IMG/VR virus record: IMGVR_UViG_3300044633_000491
Span: 55,869-75,868 of that record
DNA from: an uncultured virus (IMG/VR IMGVR_UViG_3300044633_000491)
Lineage: Duplodnaviria; Heunggongvirae; Uroviricota; Caudoviricetes
DNA length: 20,000 nucleotides
Reading direction: 5' to 3' (one strand)
Shown: positions 1-8,893 of the stretch, piece after piece
Numbering within the stretch: the stretch's first letter is position 1
Layout: each line of letters starts with the position of its first letter
Program-made: the position numbers and the translations under genes
Notes under the pieces: model-generated
Told to the model about the DNA's origin: nothing
Seen by the model: only the letters and a program-made list of their open reading frames with translations
Databases searched by the model: none

Positions 1-69
1 CCCACCTTAGCGGATACCAATGCTAAAATTATTCATATTGACAATGTATCAACAAAAAAGATTAAATGA
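1..69 (+). CDS. 3' end of an upstream ORF (partial, ...PTLADTNAKIIHIDNVSTKKIK*)
   Basis: Frame 1 is open from base 1 to TGA at 67-69. The stop overlaps the next ATG (66-68) as ATGA, the coupling pattern also seen at 1088, 5065 and 13262. Confidence 0.55.
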   Translation, partial: PTLADTNAKIIHIDNVSTKKIK

Positions 70-1091
70 ATATAAGCATACAAACATTGGATAGAAAGAT
101 TTGGCGCAAAGATTTACTAGTAGATGCGTTACGTCAATGCTACAGCACAAATCAGCCAATTCTATTAGATTTTAGCCCAGAGGGATCTTGCGCAGAAGCG
201 TTGGGATTATACAAACTATTGGATGATTTCTGTCATCGATCAGGGTATAGCAAGCAACTTATTACAATTAAAACAGCTAATATGCTTGAGCATCATGCTG
301 AATATAATATTATTAAAGATGTTAGCTGCTGGTATGAAGTAGCTAAAATTAAAAAATGGCTGATAGGCAAGACTTTAGATATCCGCTATACCCCAACTAA
401 ACATTTTGCTAATTTTTCTAGTAGAAGTAATTGGTATAGATTATGGATTGCAACTATATTAGACAAATATTATGCTGATAAAACGCTACAAACATATCAT
501 TATGATCCGCTGAGAGAAAATTTTAATGGTAACGGTTATGTTGGATTAGATGATTTAATAAATTATAAATGTGACATTGTAACTGACGCTGTGGAATTTA
601 TTAAAACTTGTCCGCGCACCTTAGATATAGAATATTTACAAAATTTAGATAATTGTAAAGATAGCATATTTCAACATGAAAATAGTTATTATCCAATACA
701 ACACCCATCAAATTTAAATTTGTTGCAATATTATAATGATATATTTGTTGATGTTGTATGTGAACCAAATGTTAGTGGTAATTGTTTTCTAGTAACGGAA
801 AAACTATGGAGATGCATTGTCGCACGTCGTCCATTTATAGTAATGTCAAATCCTAATTACCTTGCTAATCTACATAAATTAGGATTTAAAACATTCAACG
901 ACTACTGGTCCGAGGAATATGATTATTATAGGCAAACAAACCGCATACATAAAATTGAATCATTATTAGCTAGTATTGTAACAATGGATACCGGTGAATC
1001 ATTGACTAAAATGAAAGATCTATTAGATCATAATTATAATGTATTCATGATGTTGAATCAGTTTAAACTTCGAGGGGCATTTATTCGATGA
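66..1091 (+). CDS. Hypothetical protein with a C-terminal GT10 (alpha-1,3-fucosyltransferase)-like motif; putative glycosyltransferase
   Basis: 341-aa ORF. Segment DIFVDVVCEPN...LVTEKLWRCIVARRPFIV...LGFKTF...EEYD resembles the GT10 'F.L.fEN...YiTEK......P' donor-binding motif. Paralogous to the next ORF. Confidence 0.5.
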   Translation: MNISIQTLDRKIWRKDLLVDALRQCYSTNQPILLDFSPEGSCAEALGLYKLLDDFCHRSGYSKQLITIKTANMLEHHAEYNIIKDVSCWYEVAKIKKWLIGKTLDIRYTPTKHFANFSSRSNWYRLWIATILDKYYADKTLQTYHYDPLRENFNGNGYVGLDDLINYKCDIVTDAVEFIKTCPRTLDIEYLQNLDNCKDSIFQHENSYYPIQHPSNLNLLQYYNDIFVDVVCEPNVSGNCFLVTEKLWRCIVARRPFIVMSNPNYLANLHKLGFKTFNDYWSEEYDYYRQTNRIHKIESLLASIVTMDTGESLTKMKDLLDHNYNVFMMLNQFKLRGAFIR

Positions 1092-2242
1092 AAATAACTG
1101 TGTGGGCACGCGACCCGTGGTGGGATCAATATTACTACGGACTATTTAAAGATATGGCTGAAATTATGCCCGACAATAGCGAGATGCATTATATTATATA
1201 CGATCCTATCTCACGTAATTTTGAAAAAATAAAAAAAACTACCTACACTGAAAAATTAGTAGGATTGATGATTATAGAAGAACTACAGTACGAATGTGAC
1301 TACACTAGTAATCAATTCTCTCCCGCTGCGGCACACATTATCGATTTATGTAATTTAAATCCCAATACACAGTTTATTATATTTACGGAAATTGAATATT
1401 TTAATAAAGAAGTTCCGGAGATCAGTAATCTCCGGATTGTGCCAGTGGGCACCGGCATAATGTTTGAGCATGCGCATCGTGATACAATAATCCCAGTAAC
1501 TGAAAAGAATTTGTTATCTACTCAAACATTTGTGAGTTTAAATAGATCAGTTCGACCTAGTAGAGTTACATTACTAAGTTATCTATTAGGAACAAGCCTG
1601 GCGGACTGCGGATACCTTTCATTTAATTCAATGGATTTAATTAAAGATCATTCTTCTTGGTTGAGTTATTGTCCGTGGGGTATACCGGATAAATACCGTC
1701 AGGAAATATTAGATGGTTTTGAATTATTAAAAGTTGGCCACGGGATTACCCAATCGATAACTGCTGTTGATAATCTCTATAATATACAGGCTTGCGATAA
1801 TGTTACTAATTTTAATGAATTTTTGCGAAGTATTTATAAAAATACATTTGTGGAAATTGTGTCAGAAACAACGTTTACTTTACCGGGTATATTAGTTACA
1901 GAAAAAACAAAAAATAGTATATACGGATATAACTTTCCTATTTTTGTTGCTGGAAAAGGCATAGTTAATCATTTAAAAAATGATCTTGGATTAGATATGT
2001 TTGACGATATTATTGATCATAGTTACGATACTATTGAAGATAATGTTACACGCATCACTACAGCTATAGATTCTAATAAACGACTGCTAACAGATTCTTC
2101 GTATATTAAGAGTTGCTGGCAAAATAATTTTGATAGATTTACTAGTAACGTACACATATTACGTACCCAAATTGAAAAATTTTATCGGCAACGAGCATGG
2201 TCTAAATTAACTGATATATTGAGAGAATGTGGCTATAATTAA
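1088..2242 (+). CDS. Hypothetical protein with a GT10-like motif; putative glycosyltransferase (paralog of 66..1091)
   Basis: 384-aa ORF with ATGA overlap. Contains SLNR..RPSR and TFVEIVSET...LVTEKTKNSI....PIF...LGLDMFDDIIDHSYD. Confidence 0.5.
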   Translation: MKITVWARDPWWDQYYYGLFKDMAEIMPDNSEMHYIIYDPISRNFEKIKKTTYTEKLVGLMIIEELQYECDYTSNQFSPAAAHIIDLCNLNPNTQFIIFTEIEYFNKEVPEISNLRIVPVGTGIMFEHAHRDTIIPVTEKNLLSTQTFVSLNRSVRPSRVTLLSYLLGTSLADCGYLSFNSMDLIKDHSSWLSYCPWGIPDKYRQEILDGFELLKVGHGITQSITAVDNLYNIQACDNVTNFNEFLRSIYKNTFVEIVSETTFTLPGILVTEKTKNSIYGYNFPIFVAGKGIVNHLKNDLGLDMFDDIIDHSYDTIEDNVTRITTAIDSNKRLLTDSSYIKSCWQNNFDRFTSNVHILRTQIEKFYRQRAWSKLTDILRECGYN

Positions 2243-2251
2243 AATATATGT

Positions 2252-2280
2252 TTGACCAATATACCGTTAGAATATATACT
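2252..2280 (+). promoter_or_regulatory. sigma70-type promoter upstream of the radical SAM array
   Basis: TTGACC (2252-2257), a 17-nt spacer, then TATACT (2275-2280), in the 74-bp intergenic gap before ATG 2317. Confidence 0.65.
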
Positions 2281-2316
2281 TAGTAATGTGGGCTCCAAAT
2301 AAACAAATATAATATT

Positions 2317-3708
2317 ATGATAAAAAGTAATTTCCTGACTGCTGCAGAAGAAATGAAGGACAAGTTAGGTCCTGCTCTCTGCTTGGCTAAGTGGCAACAG
2401 GTAAGTCTACACTTGCCTACAGGACTTACTAACAGTTGCTATCACCCACCCTTACATGAGATCGACAGTGCTCCGTTGCTATTCAATCCCGGTGCGCTAC
2501 ATAATACTGATTACAAGAAACAACAGCGCAAACTCATGCTAGAGCAAACACGCCCGGCTGAATGCAGCTACTGCTGGAGTGCCGAAGATAACCAGCAACT
2601 AAGCGATAGACACTATCGTTCCGGTGAGCCGTGGGCGGCTGAACACTATGAAACGATAGTAAACGCACCATGGGACCAAGACGTTGTACCAAGTTATGTT
2701 GAAGTAAACTTCAGTCATGGCTGTAACTTAGCTTGTTCATATTGCAGTCCGCAGTACAGTACAGAATGGGGCAAAGATATTGGCAGATGGGGAGCATACC
2801 CAACTAGTACTCCGCACAATGCGCCCGAACACTTTCAAGGTCGACGTAAACCTATTCCAGTTCGTGAAGCTAATCCCTATGTAGAAGCATTTTGGCGTTG
2901 GTGGCCTGAATTATACCCTAAACTTAAACATTTCCGTATGACAGGTGGTGAACCACTTATGGATAAGAATACGCATCGTGTGTTTGATTATATACTTGCC
3001 TTGCCTAAGAGTGACCTGCACGTAGATGTTACTAGCAACTTCAGTGTTGAGCCTGAACTGTTTGACAAGTATCTAGACAAAGTAAAACAGCTATGTGAGG
3101 GTGAACGCATCGAACACTTTATGCAATATGTTAGCTTAGATACCGGACTTCCTGAACATGCAGAATATATACGCGATGGGCTATATTGGGATAGAGTCAT
3201 GCGCTATACTAACGATTTCCTAGCAGTAGTGCCATACCGCAATAGCCTAACGTTTATTATTACAATGAACAATTTAAACATACTTGGACTAAAACTTTTA
3301 TTGACACAGATATTAGAGATGCGTAACAAATACAGCACAACTTATCAACGTGTGTGGTTTGATACGCCACTATTACGTAGCCCAACCTATCAAAGTTTAC
3401 AAATACTACCAGCAAGTTATGTTCGCATATTAGAAGATGTTGTTACATTTATGCGAGCAAATCAAGCAGATGAAACTGCTGATAACTTTGGGGGCTTTAA
3501 AGATTACGAAATACAACGTATGGAACGTAATGTAGATTGGATGAAACAAGGTTGCGAACTTGCCGCAGACTATGTTACAATACAAAGAGCAGACTTCTAT
3601 AGATTTTTTAATGAATACGATAAACGCAGAGGGTTAAACTTTTTGGAAACATTTCCACAAATGAAAGAGTTTTGGCAGGAGTGCAAATACCATGCCGAAA
3701 CTAACTAA
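2317..3708 (+). CDS. Radical SAM protein with N-terminal Twitch/SPASM-like domain
   Basis: CxxxCxxC motif CNLACSYC and TGGEPL. N-terminal CLAKW...SCYHP...CSYCW auxiliary Cys pattern. Confidence 0.9.
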   Translation: MIKSNFLTAAEEMKDKLGPALCLAKWQQVSLHLPTGLTNSCYHPPLHEIDSAPLLFNPGALHNTDYKKQQRKLMLEQTRPAECSYCWSAEDNQQLSDRHYRSGEPWAAEHYETIVNAPWDQDVVPSYVEVNFSHGCNLACSYCSPQYSTEWGKDIGRWGAYPTSTPHNAPEHFQGRRKPIPVREANPYVEAFWRWWPELYPKLKHFRMTGGEPLMDKNTHRVFDYILALPKSDLHVDVTSNFSVEPELFDKYLDKVKQLCEGERIEHFMQYVSLDTGLPEHAEYIRDGLYWDRVMRYTNDFLAVVPYRNSLTFIITMNNLNILGLKLLLTQILEMRNKYSTTYQRVWFDTPLLRSPTYQSLQILPASYVRILEDVVTFMRANQADETADNFGGFKDYEIQRMERNVDWMKQGCELAADYVTIQRADFYRFFNEYDKRRGLNFLETFPQMKEFWQECKYHAETN

Positions 3709-5068
3709 CGAAACAGATGTAGAATATAAGCGCAGAGTGATTGACATTAAGTCAGCGAGCTTCTGTGCGGCTAAATGGTATAACGCTACTATATGGTTAG
3801 GGTCGGGACAGACTACTAGCTGTCATCACCCATTGCCTCATGCTATTGACCTAGAAGCAATTAAAACTAATCCCAGTGCTATCCATAACACTCCGCAAAA
3901 GAAATTAGAGCGTAAACAGATGCAGGTGGGTGAACGTCCCAGTGGATGCGAATACTGCTGGAAGATTGAAGACATGTACAAGGATCCTAAATATACCGGA
4001 GTTGATGTTGGCACTCCAATTAGTGATCGTGTATACAAAACAGTAATTTATGATGATAAGGATTTAGATCTTGCCTACAACACCGACTACCAAGAAGATG
4101 TTAATTTACAAACTTTGGAAATCGCATTCGACAGAACTTGTCAGCTTGCTTGTAGCTACTGTAACCCTGCTTTCAGTACCGCCTGGGTTAGAGATATTAA
4201 ACGCAATGGAGCCTATGAACACCTTGTATCTGACGGACGCAATCACTTTACTCACACTCACGATCATAGCCAACTGTTTACTATTGATCAAGTCAATCCT
4301 TACGTTGAAGCATTCTTTAAGTGGTGGGAGTCAGACCTACACAAAACATTAAAAGAACTGCGTATCACCGGCGGCGAACCGCTTATGTCGGGGTACACAT
4401 GGCGCCTAATAGAATGGTTCCAACAGAATAAAGGACAAAGCACCACACGTCTTGCTATCAACAGCAACTTGTGCTTTGAACAAGATAAGTTAGAGAGGTT
4501 ATTAGATGCTACACAAGGTATCGAACTGGATTTGTACACTAGCAACGAAAGCTGGGGTCGCCACGCAATGTATATACGCGATGGTTTGGATTGGGATCAG
4601 TGGGTTAATAATGTTATGTTCTTATTGGATAGCGGTAAGTTGCGTGGCCTACATGTTATGTGTACCATCAATGCTCTATGCTTATTAAGCATAACAGATC
4701 TACTATGGATGATTGTTAAATTTAAACGCAAATACGGTAAGGATAGTATTAACTTTAGCCTAAATATCCTACGTTTTCCTAGTTTTCAAAGCCCACTAAT
4801 ATTACCGTTAGAATTGCGCAAACAGTTTGCCAAGGATCTAGGACAGTTTGGTACTGCGGCACACGAACATCTACATGAATATGAATTCAATCAATTACAA
4901 AGATTAATTGAATACCTGAACACAGTAGACAGTCCACATAGCGGAGCATTATCACGTGAAATATTACAGCGTGACTTTAAGAACTTTTATCAGCAATACG
5001 ACCAACGCCGCGGTCTAGACTTTAAATATACATTTACACAATTAGCTAACTGGTACGATACACTATGA
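3692..5068 (+). CDS. Radical SAM protein with N-terminal Twitch/SPASM-like domain
   Basis: CQLACSYC and TGGEPL. N-terminal CAAKW...SCHHP...CEYCW. AGGAG upstream of the ATG. Clear paralog of 2317..3708 (shared NPYVEAFxxWW). Confidence 0.9.
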   Translation: MPKLTNETDVEYKRRVIDIKSASFCAAKWYNATIWLGSGQTTSCHHPLPHAIDLEAIKTNPSAIHNTPQKKLERKQMQVGERPSGCEYCWKIEDMYKDPKYTGVDVGTPISDRVYKTVIYDDKDLDLAYNTDYQEDVNLQTLEIAFDRTCQLACSYCNPAFSTAWVRDIKRNGAYEHLVSDGRNHFTHTHDHSQLFTIDQVNPYVEAFFKWWESDLHKTLKELRITGGEPLMSGYTWRLIEWFQQNKGQSTTRLAINSNLCFEQDKLERLLDATQGIELDLYTSNESWGRHAMYIRDGLDWDQWVNNVMFLLDSGKLRGLHVMCTINALCLLSITDLLWMIVKFKRKYGKDSINFSLNILRFPSFQSPLILPLELRKQFAKDLGQFGTAAHEHLHEYEFNQLQRLIEYLNTVDSPHSGALSREILQRDFKNFYQQYDQRRGLDFKYTFTQLANWYDTL

Positions 5069-7620
5069 GCGACGAGCCAAGCAAAAAATTAACAGTACAT
5101 CACAAAAATCACAATTACAATACTCGTAAACCTGTTTATATACACGAAGATGATTTAACCAAAGATCATACATATAAACTGATAGAAAGTAAACACTTCT
5201 GCATGATACCGTGGACGCACATGCATGGTATTCCCGATGGTCGAGCATATCCCTGCTGTCTGGGTGAAATGCATTTGCCGATTGGTAATTTCAAAGACAA
5301 TACCATGAAGGAAGTATGGAATGGAACTCCGTACAAACAGATGCGTCTAAACATGTTAGAAGATAAACCCAGCAAAGAATGCACACGCTGTTACGAGCAA
5401 GAAGATAATGGATTCTTTAGTATGCGCAATAGCCAAAATAAAAACTTTGGTCATCATATTGCATTAACAGATAAAACCAATGCCGATGGAAGTTTAGATG
5501 ACTTTAAACTACGCTACTATGATGTACGTTTCTCTAATCTATGTAACTTTAGTTGTCGTACCTGTGGTAGTTTGTTCAGCAGTAGTTGGTACGCAGAAGA
5601 AACTAAACTATTTGGTAAATTAAACCATCCTCAGATTATGTTTGCTGGTAAAAATAAAGATGACATGTGGGAACAGATGCAGGAACATATCCCATACCTA
5701 GAACAGATTTACTTTGCCGGCGGTGAACCATTGATTATGGAAGAACACTATCGCATTCTCGAAGAATTAGTCAAACGTGAAATGTTCCATGTACGATTGA
5801 TCTATAATACAAACTTTAGTCACATACGTCTTAAAGATAAGATGGTGTTTGAATACTGGAAACTGTTTGATACAGTTTGTGTAGGTGCAAGTTTAGATGA
5901 CTCGTATCTCCGCGGAGAGTACATACGTAAAGGTACAGACTGGGCAGAAACAGTAGAAAACCGTCGCAAAATGATTGAAATTTGCCCCAATGTTGACTTT
6001 TATGTTAGCAGTACAGTTAGTATACTCAATGCCTGGCATTTGACTGAATTCCATAAAGAATGGGTCGACCTTGGTTTGATTAGAGCAATGGATTGGAATG
6101 TAAATATTTTGCAAAGTCCAGAACGTGATCGAATTGATGTATTACCAATTCAATTTAAAGACAGAATTAAACAACGAGTTGAAGAACATATTGCCTGGCT
6201 AGCTCCAATAGATCAACTGCAACGGGCTACTTCTGGTTATAAAGCTATTATTACATTCATGTATCAAGATGATAAGAGTCACTTATTGGGAGAATTCTTT
6301 AAGATAAATGATCAAACTGATGAATTCCGTAGAGAAAAATTTGAAACGATATTTCCTGAATATCGAGAGTTGCGCAATCACTTAGGCATTAATAAAACGC
6401 ATGATAGTATTTGTATGTTGCCGTGGGTCAGTTTAGAAGCTAGCCCAGTGGGTACTGCTCGTCCGTGTTGTCTGGCTAAAGATGAAATTACCAAACCCAA
6501 CGGCACTCCGTATAAACTAAAAGAAAGTTCATTGGCAGAAATTTATAACAGTGAATATATGCAGAATCTTCGACAACAATTTCGACGCGGTGAAAAGCCT
6601 AGTACATGTAATCGTTGTTGGAGTGAAGAAGATGCCGGCATAGTTAGTAAACGTATCAACAGTAGAATTAGACTTAAAGAATTCTATCCTATCGTTGATT
6701 GGAAAAATGACACGCCAGATCAACTATGGTTTATTGATTTAAAACTAGGTAATATCTGTAATCTTAAATGTCGTATATGTGGATCATGGTCTAGTAGTAA
6801 ATGGGCCAAAGAAGAAATTGATTACGAGTCTAGGAAATACAAAGAGGTACAAGGATACAATCGCAAACAACATAGTGCATACAAATTTCTACAAGATGGC
6901 ACATGGCCAAGAGAAAGCGAAGTATTTTGGGAAAATTTAAAAGAACTACTGCCCAATATCAAGTACTTTGAATTTACCGGTGGAGAACCATTCTTAATTG
7001 AAGAACATTTTAAACTATTACGCTATGCAGTCGACCACGGGTACAGTAGTCGTATAGATATACACTATAATACCAATGGTACAGTATATCCGACAGATGA
7101 AGAAGCTAGTCTATGGGGTAAATTTCGAAATGTTGAGATCGCTGTTAGCATAGATAATACCGAAGAACGATTTGAATATGAACGTTACGGTGCCAACTGG
7201 AAAGAAGTAACAGTCAATGTAGTTAAATTTAATGCAATGAGAACTAATTTAATTAAAACACAAGTTTGTATGACTGTAAACATACAAAATGTTTATTACT
7301 TGCCAGAATTGTGTGATTGGGTTAATACTCAATCTTTTGATATGGTGCATTTTAATATGTTACATGATCCCAATGTAATGTGTATTAATCGTATGACTCC
7401 TGTTGCACAAAAATTAGTTATAGATAGATTAACCGTTTATCCGTTCAATGTCAAACATCGAGTAGAAATTGATAAAATAATTCAATTTATTGAAAACGGC
7501 CAAGGCAGCGATGGTACAGAATTTGTACAGAAAATGCAACAGACTGATGTGTATCGTGAGCAGAGTATGTTAACTACACATAGAGAAATTGCACTAGCAA
7601 TGGGCTATGTTGAAGCCTAG
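5065..7620 (+). CDS. Tandem double Twitch-radical SAM fusion protein
   Basis: 851 aa with two complete units: CMIPW..PCC..CTRC..CNFSCRTC..GGEPL and CMLPW..PCC..CNRC..CNLKCRIC..GGEPF. Confidence 0.9.
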   Translation: MSDEPSKKLTVHHKNHNYNTRKPVYIHEDDLTKDHTYKLIESKHFCMIPWTHMHGIPDGRAYPCCLGEMHLPIGNFKDNTMKEVWNGTPYKQMRLNMLEDKPSKECTRCYEQEDNGFFSMRNSQNKNFGHHIALTDKTNADGSLDDFKLRYYDVRFSNLCNFSCRTCGSLFSSSWYAEETKLFGKLNHPQIMFAGKNKDDMWEQMQEHIPYLEQIYFAGGEPLIMEEHYRILEELVKREMFHVRLIYNTNFSHIRLKDKMVFEYWKLFDTVCVGASLDDSYLRGEYIRKGTDWAETVENRRKMIEICPNVDFYVSSTVSILNAWHLTEFHKEWVDLGLIRAMDWNVNILQSPERDRIDVLPIQFKDRIKQRVEEHIAWLAPIDQLQRATSGYKAIITFMYQDDKSHLLGEFFKINDQTDEFRREKFETIFPEYRELRNHLGINKTHDSICMLPWVSLEASPVGTARPCCLAKDEITKPNGTPYKLKESSLAEIYNSEYMQNLRQQFRRGEKPSTCNRCWSEEDAGIVSKRINSRIRLKEFYPIVDWKNDTPDQLWFIDLKLGNICNLKCRICGSWSSSKWAKEEIDYESRKYKEVQGYNRKQHSAYKFLQDGTWPRESEVFWENLKELLPNIKYFEFTGGEPFLIEEHFKLLRYAVDHGYSSRIDIHYNTNGTVYPTDEEASLWGKFRNVEIAVSIDNTEERFEYERYGANWKEVTVNVVKFNAMRTNLIKTQVCMTVNIQNVYYLPELCDWVNTQSFDMVHFNMLHDPNVMCINRMTPVAQKLVIDRLTVYPFNVKHRVEIDKIIQFIENGQGSDGTEFVQKMQQTDVYREQSMLTTHREIALAMGYVEA

Positions 7621-8893
7621 TACACTTTGTCTTGCGCCCTGGGTACATACATACCTAAGCCCTCAGACCGAACGACGTATGTGCTGTGCCAGTCGCGAAC
7701 CTGCGCAAAATTTTGAACAATATATTGACGTCTCGGCGGGTACAGGGCGTTATATACCAATAACTCTGGATGAACACTGGAATAGCGAGCACATGCGGTC
7801 GGTCCGTCGTCGCATGATTGCTGGGGAAACCCTCCCAGAGTGTGAGGTATGTAATGATAAGCTGTTGAACACATCAGTTTACCGTAGTTATTTTGATTCT
7901 ATGTTCGGACATAAATATTTACAAGTAACAGACACAACAGATTCAACAGGTTACACAACTATGCGCCCTGTGAGTTGGGATTATAGATTTAGTAACTTAT
8001 GTAACTTTAAATGTCGTATGTGTGGTGATATGTTATCAAGTGCTTGGGAAACTGAGCAACGTCAACATAATATGATTAACTGGCATAACCCCAAGAACAA
8101 TTGGATGAAGCCAGAAGTAAAGCAAGAAATTACAGCATTTCAAGATAGTCAAATTGAACAGGAGTTTGCTCAAGCAGTCGAAGATCATCAAGTTGAAGAA
8201 GTATATTGGGTTGGCGGTGAGCCACTGATGTATGAACAACACTGGCGTTATATGAAACGCATTATTGATTTAGGAGATGGTCCGAATGCTTACGCACGGT
8301 ACAATACTAATCTTAGCCGCGTCAACTATCGCGGTGTCAATCTCTACACTGACATACTTTCTGGGCTACGCGACTGGCAAATCTGTGCCAGTATCGACGG
8401 AACTGGAAGAATTGGAGAGTACATTAGAACAGGCCTTAATTACAATACATGGCTTGAAAACTTCCGTGAAGGAGTTAAAACAGCCACTCATCGTAGACAA
8501 ATGCGAATTGATTTCACCCTCACTCTGCCGGGATTGTTTGAAGTTAAACAAATCATGCAGCTTGCTTCAGAAGAAAACGTAGACATACTAGCTAAAGTTG
8601 TTTTCAGCTTTAGCCCAGACATTATCCTTAGTCCCCTTGCCCTACCTCGTCACTTACTACATCCGTGGTTAGATGAACTAATCCCGCAAACTTCTGGTGC
8701 CATGCAAGATATACTTGTGCAGTTAAAATCACGACCAACGTTCGATGAGCAATGGCCCGATACATATAAGAAAGAGCTTGACAAAGGTAAGCAACGTGTG
8801 TTACAATTAGAGAGTATACGTGGCGATACATATACGTTAGCAGACATATTAAAAGAGAGACCAGCTGTATATGAATGGTATCAATCAATCTAA
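7607..8893 (+). CDS. Radical SAM protein with N-terminal Twitch/SPASM-like domain
   Basis: CLAPW...MCC...CEVC, then CNFKCRMC, VGGEPL, YNTNLS and ASIDG...EYIR. Confidence 0.9.
   Translation: MLKPSTLCLAPWVHTYLSPQTERRMCCASREPAQNFEQYIDVSAGTGRYIPITLDEHWNSEHMRSVRRRMIAGETLPECEVCNDKLLNTSVYRSYFDSMFGHKYLQVTDTTDSTGYTTMRPVSWDYRFSNLCNFKCRMCGDMLSSAWETEQRQHNMINWHNPKNNWMKPEVKQEITAFQDSQIEQEFAQAVEDHQVEEVYWVGGEPLMYEQHWRYMKRIIDLGDGPNAYARYNTNLSRVNYRGVNLYTDILSGLRDWQICASIDGTGRIGEYIRTGLNYNTWLENFREGVKTATHRRQMRIDFTLTLPGLFEVKQIMQLASEENVDILAKVVFSFSPDIILSPLALPRHLLHPWLDELIPQTSGAMQDILVQLKSRPTFDEQWPDTYKKELDKGKQRVLQLESIRGDTYTLADILKERPAVYEWYQSI

Noticed and set aside
2317..8893. Annotation as MoaA, PqqE or anaerobic sulfatase maturase
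   Set aside because: The auxiliary Cys domain is N-terminal, and there are no moa/pqq genes, PqqD/RRE domain or sulfatase in the window.
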